Positions 16,324 to 20,000 of a stretch of DNA of 20,000 nt are shown here, piece after piece. The DNA is from an uncultured virus (IMG/VR IMGVR_UViG_3300032257_000007). Lineage: Duplodnaviria > Heunggongvirae > Uroviricota > Caudoviricetes. The notes under the pieces are model-generated. The model was not told the origin of the DNA and did not search any database. It was given only the letters and a program-made list of their open reading frames with translations. The number at the start of each line of letters is the position of its first letter. Position 1 is the first letter of the stretch. Both the position numbers and the translations under genes were made by a program. The stretch is taken from IMG/VR virus record IMGVR_UViG_3300032257_000007, one strand, 5' to 3'.

Positions 16324-17024
16324 AAGCAATGTTTGTAGCCCCAGACTTAGCTGTCTTGGCTCAAATGCTTTCCGCCTCAACAAGTAAAGAAAAACTTGTT
16401 GAGAACATGAAAGCTTTAGTTGAGAGCGATAATTACGAAGACAGACTTAAAGCAATTACTGAAAATCCGTCTAACTTAAGATTCTCGTGGATCAAGTTTG
16501 ACAAAAACGAAGAAAATTTGGAGTTCTTTACATCTTTATTGTTGCTTTCTGCTAACAATAACTATTCAACGTCTACAAAAGACCTGGTTATGACTCAAGA
16601 CTGTACATTTGTTAACAGCAATCTTCTTGACGCTTATAAGCAGGTTTCTCAAGGCGAAGATGCTAATATTGATCTTGACCTGACAGACAAGATTAATAAA
16701 GACAGACTTATGTCGTTATGTGAAGACATGTTTGATGAGCCGCAATTCGTAGAGTTATTCTCTACTGAAAATGGACCTCAGATGTTTATGCTAGCTGGAA
16801 ACTTTTGTGTGGATACATGGGGAATGTTGTCTACAATCGGTACAGTTTCTCAGAGAAGCTATGCTCTTTCTACTGGAGATGGTAAAGAGAAAGTTCCTGG
16901 TATCTGTGTGATGTTTGGTTTGTCTATGACAACACTTCTTCATATTGAAGCTAACGCTGAAAAGATGCCTAAGCATATTGAAGAGGATTTAAAATCTCTT
17001 CCGAAAGCGCAGGAGCCTAAGTAG
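16320..17024 (+). CDS. Hypothetical protein (234 aa)
   Basis: ATGA overlap with the upstream gene; TAG overlaps the next GTG. Confidence 0.85.
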   Translation: MKAMFVAPDLAVLAQMLSASTSKEKLVENMKALVESDNYEDRLKAITENPSNLRFSWIKFDKNEENLEFFTSLLLLSANNNYSTSTKDLVMTQDCTFVNSNLLDAYKQVSQGEDANIDLDLTDKINKDRLMSLCEDMFDEPQFVELFSTENGPQMFMLAGNFCVDTWGMLSTIGTVSQRSYALSTGDGKEKVPGICVMFGLSMTTLLHIEANAEKMPKHIEEDLKSLPKAQEPK

Positions 17025-17449
17025 TGAGAAATCTTAGCTTCTTCGTCATCACTCAAACTAAAGAACAGTACCCTCATGTACTTGCCTCTTCGTTTGAGAG
17101 AGGAATGATATATCCTTATCCTCATGCTTATATTTACAAGATGGATGAATCGGATGAAGAGTATACTTTTGTGAGAATGAGACCATTGCACGAAAGATGT
17201 GCCACTGTTAGAGACTCAAGGTTGAATAACAACGGCATAGGGATAGTCCTTTATAATCCTACTGGCAATCCTCTTACGGAGAAAGCTAAGAAGCTCATTG
17301 CTACTGTGATCAGAAACTTCGTTGATGATTTTGGTATAATTCAGTACCAGATTGTAACGGATGAATCTTCTGCCGATGCATTCGTGGATACACTCGATTT
17401 CCCTGCGATGGTAGATGCGTCTCCATCAGCTTTTACGAAAAGGACTTAA
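17024..17449 (+). CDS. Amidase_2/T7-lysozyme-fold protein, predicted catalytically inactive (141 aa)
   Basis: GTG start, SD AGGAG. FFVITQT, YPHAYI, RMRP, NNNGIGIVL, PLTEKAKKLIATVI...DFGI follow amidase_2 motifs in order; Zn ligands absent. Confidence 0.65.
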   Translation: MRNLSFFVITQTKEQYPHVLASSFERGMIYPYPHAYIYKMDESDEEYTFVRMRPLHERCATVRDSRLNNNGIGIVLYNPTGNPLTEKAKKLIATVIRNFVDDFGIIQYQIVTDESSADAFVDTLDFPAMVDASPSAFTKRT

Positions 17450-17451
17450 CA

Positions 17452-17664
17452 ATGGTAATTCTAGTTAAAGATCAAAATGGAACAGAAAAAGCTCTTAGAC
17501 TTGGAGACTTATCTTGGAGAGCGACAGAACTTTCTAATGATAATTCAAAAGTTGAATTAAGCATAGACCCTGATATTGTAGTTGTTATTGACAAACTACA
17601 GTACGAATCAATCAAAGATAGACTTTCAGCATCTGGTGAAATTTTAGATCTTACTACCTTCTAA
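17452..17664 (+). CDS. Hypothetical protein (70 aa), small beta-rich domain with a C-terminal helix
   Basis: SD AAGGA; lies in operon just before the RNAP gene. Confidence 0.8.
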   Translation: MVILVKDQNGTEKALRLGDLSWRATELSNDNSKVELSIDPDIVVVIDKLQYESIKDRLSASGEILDLTTF

Positions 17665-17674
17665 ATCAATAATA

Positions 17675-17713
17675 TGCTAAAATACGCAAAACAACATAAA
17701 GGTTTTTGCGTAT
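17675..17713 (+). promoter_or_regulatory. Extended -10 promoter (TGCTAAAAT, 17675-17683) overlapping a hairpin that sequesters the RNAP start codon
   Basis: ATACGCAAAA (17682-17691) is the perfect reverse complement of TTTTGCGTAT (17704-17713); SD-like AAAGGT in the loop; the AT of the ATG is in the stem. Confidence 0.65.
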
Positions 17714-20000
17714 GGCAACCTTCAGAAAACTTAATAGAAATCATAAAGAAACAGACCAAGCTGTAAAGAACAAGATACTATCTGCGGTAGCATCGGTATT
17801 TCCTATCGAAGGAAACATGTTCAGACTAGAGGCTTCTAACTTTCAAATCAAAGAATCAGACTCATCGTTAAGTGACGTTAAAAGTGCTCTAGTAAAGGGT
17901 TCTTCAATAATGTCTAGCATCAGTGCAAACCTTGTGCTTATTGATAAACAGTCAGGTAAGCGAGTCGATTCTAAGACAAGATCTATTATGAGAGTTCCTG
18001 ACTTTACAAGCAAAGGTTCTTTTGTAGTTGAGGGTAACTCATACACTATCCCATATCAGCAGAGACTTAGACCTGGTGTCTATACTATGAAGAAAAGAAA
18101 TGGAGAGATTAACTCCATGTTTAACCTTGGTAAAGGTAGAAACTTCAACATTAAGATAGATAAGAGTGGTATCTTCAGAATTAAAATAGGTTCATCTCAT
18201 GTTTCTTTATATTCAATCCTTAAAGACCTTGGAGAGTCTCCATCTGCTATGGAAGCTATTTGGGGTAAAGAACTGTTCCAGCTCAACTCAAAGACGTACT
18301 CAACAACAGACTCAGCTAAATTTCTAAAAGCATTTAAATACTCTACTGATGACTTGCCAGAGAACACAGACGTAAGAAAAGAACTTACTGATGCTATCTC
18401 TCAGTCTACAGTAAACAAGAATGTTATGATCCATACGGTTGGTGTAGATAAAGAGACAATTGATTCATCTGTAATCCTTGCTGCCTCTAAGAGACTTCTT
18501 GGAGTGTATAAAGGAACTGAGGACCAGGACGACAGAGAGAATATGATGTTCAAACAAGTTATGGCACCAGAAGATATGGTGTCAGAAGCATTTGTTAAGA
18601 ACTCAAGAGAAGAACTTAATAAGCTTAAATTCAAACTAAATAACCCAGACATGTCGAAGGTTGATGATGTGTTTGGATCAAGCACTTCTGCTTTGACTAG
18701 ACCGATCAAAAATTTCTTGACAAGTTCTAAAGCTACAAGACTTGGAGAAGAGTATAATCCTCTTATGATGCATACAACTGGACACTTCATCACTCCGATG
18801 GGAGAAGGTGGTGTCGGTGATGACAGAGCGCTTAATCTTGACACTAAAGCAGTCCATGCGAGTCACTTTGGGTTTATTGATCCGCTAGTATCACCAGAGG
18901 GTTCTAAAGTCGGTGTTACTCTTGCCGTTACTGGTAACTCATATGTAGATGAAACTGGTGCTCCTGCAATTGGTGTATTGAATGCTAAGACAGGAAAGAA
19001 AGAGATTGTAACTGTTGCCGAGTTATGGGATAAGAATGTAGCGTATCCTATTTCAAAAGAAAGAATCAAGTCCGATGGGATTATGGTTCGTAGAGGTAAT
19101 GAGGACTTTAAGGCGAAGACGAAAAAAGATGTTGACTATATCATTGAGAAGCCTTCAGATATGCATGCTCCTTCAAGCAATATGGTTCCTCTTATTAACT
19201 CATCTGATGCGAATAGAACGAATATGGCTCAAAAGCATTTACAGCAAGCTCTATCAATTAAAACAAGGGAGAAGCCACATGTTTCAGTTGGACACGATGG
19301 CAAGGATTTTGCCGCAGTTGTTTCTTCTGAGTCTGGTCATTTACCTCATGCATCAATGGCTGGTGAAGTTACGAAAATAGACGACAAGTTCATCTATATT
19401 AAGGGTGAAAAAGGGCAAGAGAAAGTTGACTATGTGCAAAACATGCCTCTTGCAAGAAAGACTTTTATTGACCATAAGCTTCTAGTCAAAGTTGGGGATA
19501 AGGTTAAAAAAGGTCAAGCCTTAGCAGACTCTAACTTTACCAAAGACGGGCACATGGCTCTTGGTAAAAATGTAAGAACCGCATGGCTTTCAATGCCAGG
19601 TAATAGAAATGATGGGATTATTATTTCTGAATCAGCATCTGAGCAGTTTACTTCTGAGCACATGTATAAAGAGAACGTGCATATCAATGCAAGTGAATCT
19701 CTTGACATGAAAAAGTTTAACAACTTATTCCCAAGTGTAGTATCTAAGTGGGGTGGTTCAAACTATGACACTCACGGTGTGATAAAGAAAGGGACAAAGC
19801 TTACCAAAGGACAACCTCTTGTATTTAAGCTTGCTAAGACAGATGCTAGACAAATCAAGACTAAGCTAGAGAAAGTTATGCATAAACCTTTTAAAGCTGT
19901 TGTATCTACATGGCACCACCAAGATCCAGGTGAGGTTATTGATATTGAGAGAGGTGCATCTGAAATCAGAATCACTGTCAAGGTTGAAAGTAAAGCCAAG
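17712..20000 (+). CDS. rpoB: Phage-type multisubunit RNA polymerase beta subunit (RpoB-like), partial, at least 763 aa (not in ORF track)
   Basis: Translated by hand with no stop to the window end. Motifs GSFVVEG...QQRLRPGVY, DDREN, NPL...MGEGG, VHASHFGFIDPLVSPEGSKVG, VPLINSSDANRTNMAQKHLQQA, VKVGDKVKKGQALAD, MALGKNV...NDGIIISE. Confidence 0.95.
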   Translation, partial: MATFRKLNRNHKETDQAVKNKILSAVASVFPIEGNMFRLEASNFQIKESDSSLSDVKSALVKGSSIMSSISANLVLIDKQSGKRVDSKTRSIMRVPDFTSKGSFVVEGNSYTIPYQQRLRPGVYTMKKRNGEINSMFNLGKGRNFNIKIDKSGIFRIKIGSSHVSLYSILKDLGESPSAMEAIWGKELFQLNSKTYSTTDSAKFLKAFKYSTDDLPENTDVRKELTDAISQSTVNKNVMIHTVGVDKETIDSSVILAASKRLLGVYKGTEDQDDRENMMFKQVMAPEDMVSEAFVKNSREELNKLKFKLNNPDMSKVDDVFGSSTSALTRPIKNFLTSSKATRLGEEYNPLMMHTTGHFITPMGEGGVGDDRALNLDTKAVHASHFGFIDPLVSPEGSKVGVTLAVTGNSYVDETGAPAIGVLNAKTGKKEIVTVAELWDKNVAYPISKERIKSDGIMVRRGNEDFKAKTKKDVDYIIEKPSDMHAPSSNMVPLINSSDANRTNMAQKHLQQALSIKTREKPHVSVGHDGKDFAAVVSSESGHLPHASMAGEVTKIDDKFIYIKGEKGQEKVDYVQNMPLARKTFIDHKLLVKVGDKVKKGQALADSNFTKDGHMALGKNVRTAWLSMPGNRNDGIIISESASEQFTSEHMYKENVHINASESLDMKKFNNLFPSVVSKWGGSNYDTHGVIKKGTKLTKGQPLVFKLAKTDARQIKTKLEKVMHKPFKAVVSTWHHQDPGEVIDIERGASEIRITVKVESKAK

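Larger units (their letters stand above)
1..20000. mobile_element. Segment of a large phage or phage-like element (replication/recombination/nucleotide-metabolism arm and divergent RNAP arm), probable Campylobacterota host
   Basis: Tightly packed, translationally coupled genes; RecET, initiator with iterons, DnaB, SSB, ThyX, dUTPase, NrdB and many small hypotheticals; non-cellular-looking RpoB. No structural genes, integrase or att site are in the window. Confidence 0.85.

Noticed and set aside
14692..17191. Minus-strand ORFs in the track across the right arm
   Set aside because: Antisense shadows of the plus-strand genes
17843..19999. Short ORFs in the track (17843-18046, 18401-18844, 18678-18866, 18863-19069, 19075-19380, 19514-19723, 19772-19999)
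   Set aside because: Antisense or off-frame shadows of the RpoB-like ORF
17712..20000. Ordinary chromosomal rpoB
   Set aside because: Too divergent at near-invariant motifs, much shorter, and lacks the rplKAJL context

Overview
This AT-rich, gene-dense window looks like part of a large dsDNA phage or phage-like element. The SSB and dimeric dUTPase are of Campylobacterota type, which points to an epsilonproteobacterial host (inference). The leftward arm (1-13208) carries a small membrane peptide, an NYN-domain nuclease, a RecE-like/RecT recombination pair, a lambda-O-like replication initiator with an internal 7-unit iteron array, a putative loader, DnaB, SSB, a divergent ThyX, a secreted lytic transglycosylase, a dimeric dUTPase, a possible clamp-fold protein and the start of nrdB. 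The rightward arm (13355-20000) ends in a long ORF missing from the supplied ORF track (17712 to >20000, at least 763 aa). That ORF is a compact, highly divergent RNA polymerase beta (RpoB-like) subunit with a remodelled rifampicin pocket. Its start codon lies in a 10-bp hairpin whose left arm overlaps an extended -10 promoter. The genes upstream of it look like catalytically eroded enzymes: a primase-helicase-like 890 aa protein, a T7-lysozyme/amidase_2-fold protein lacking its Zn ligands, and possibly a ThyX-fold paralog, plus an Hc1-like small protein. All family assignments are by-eye motif recognition; no database searches were run.
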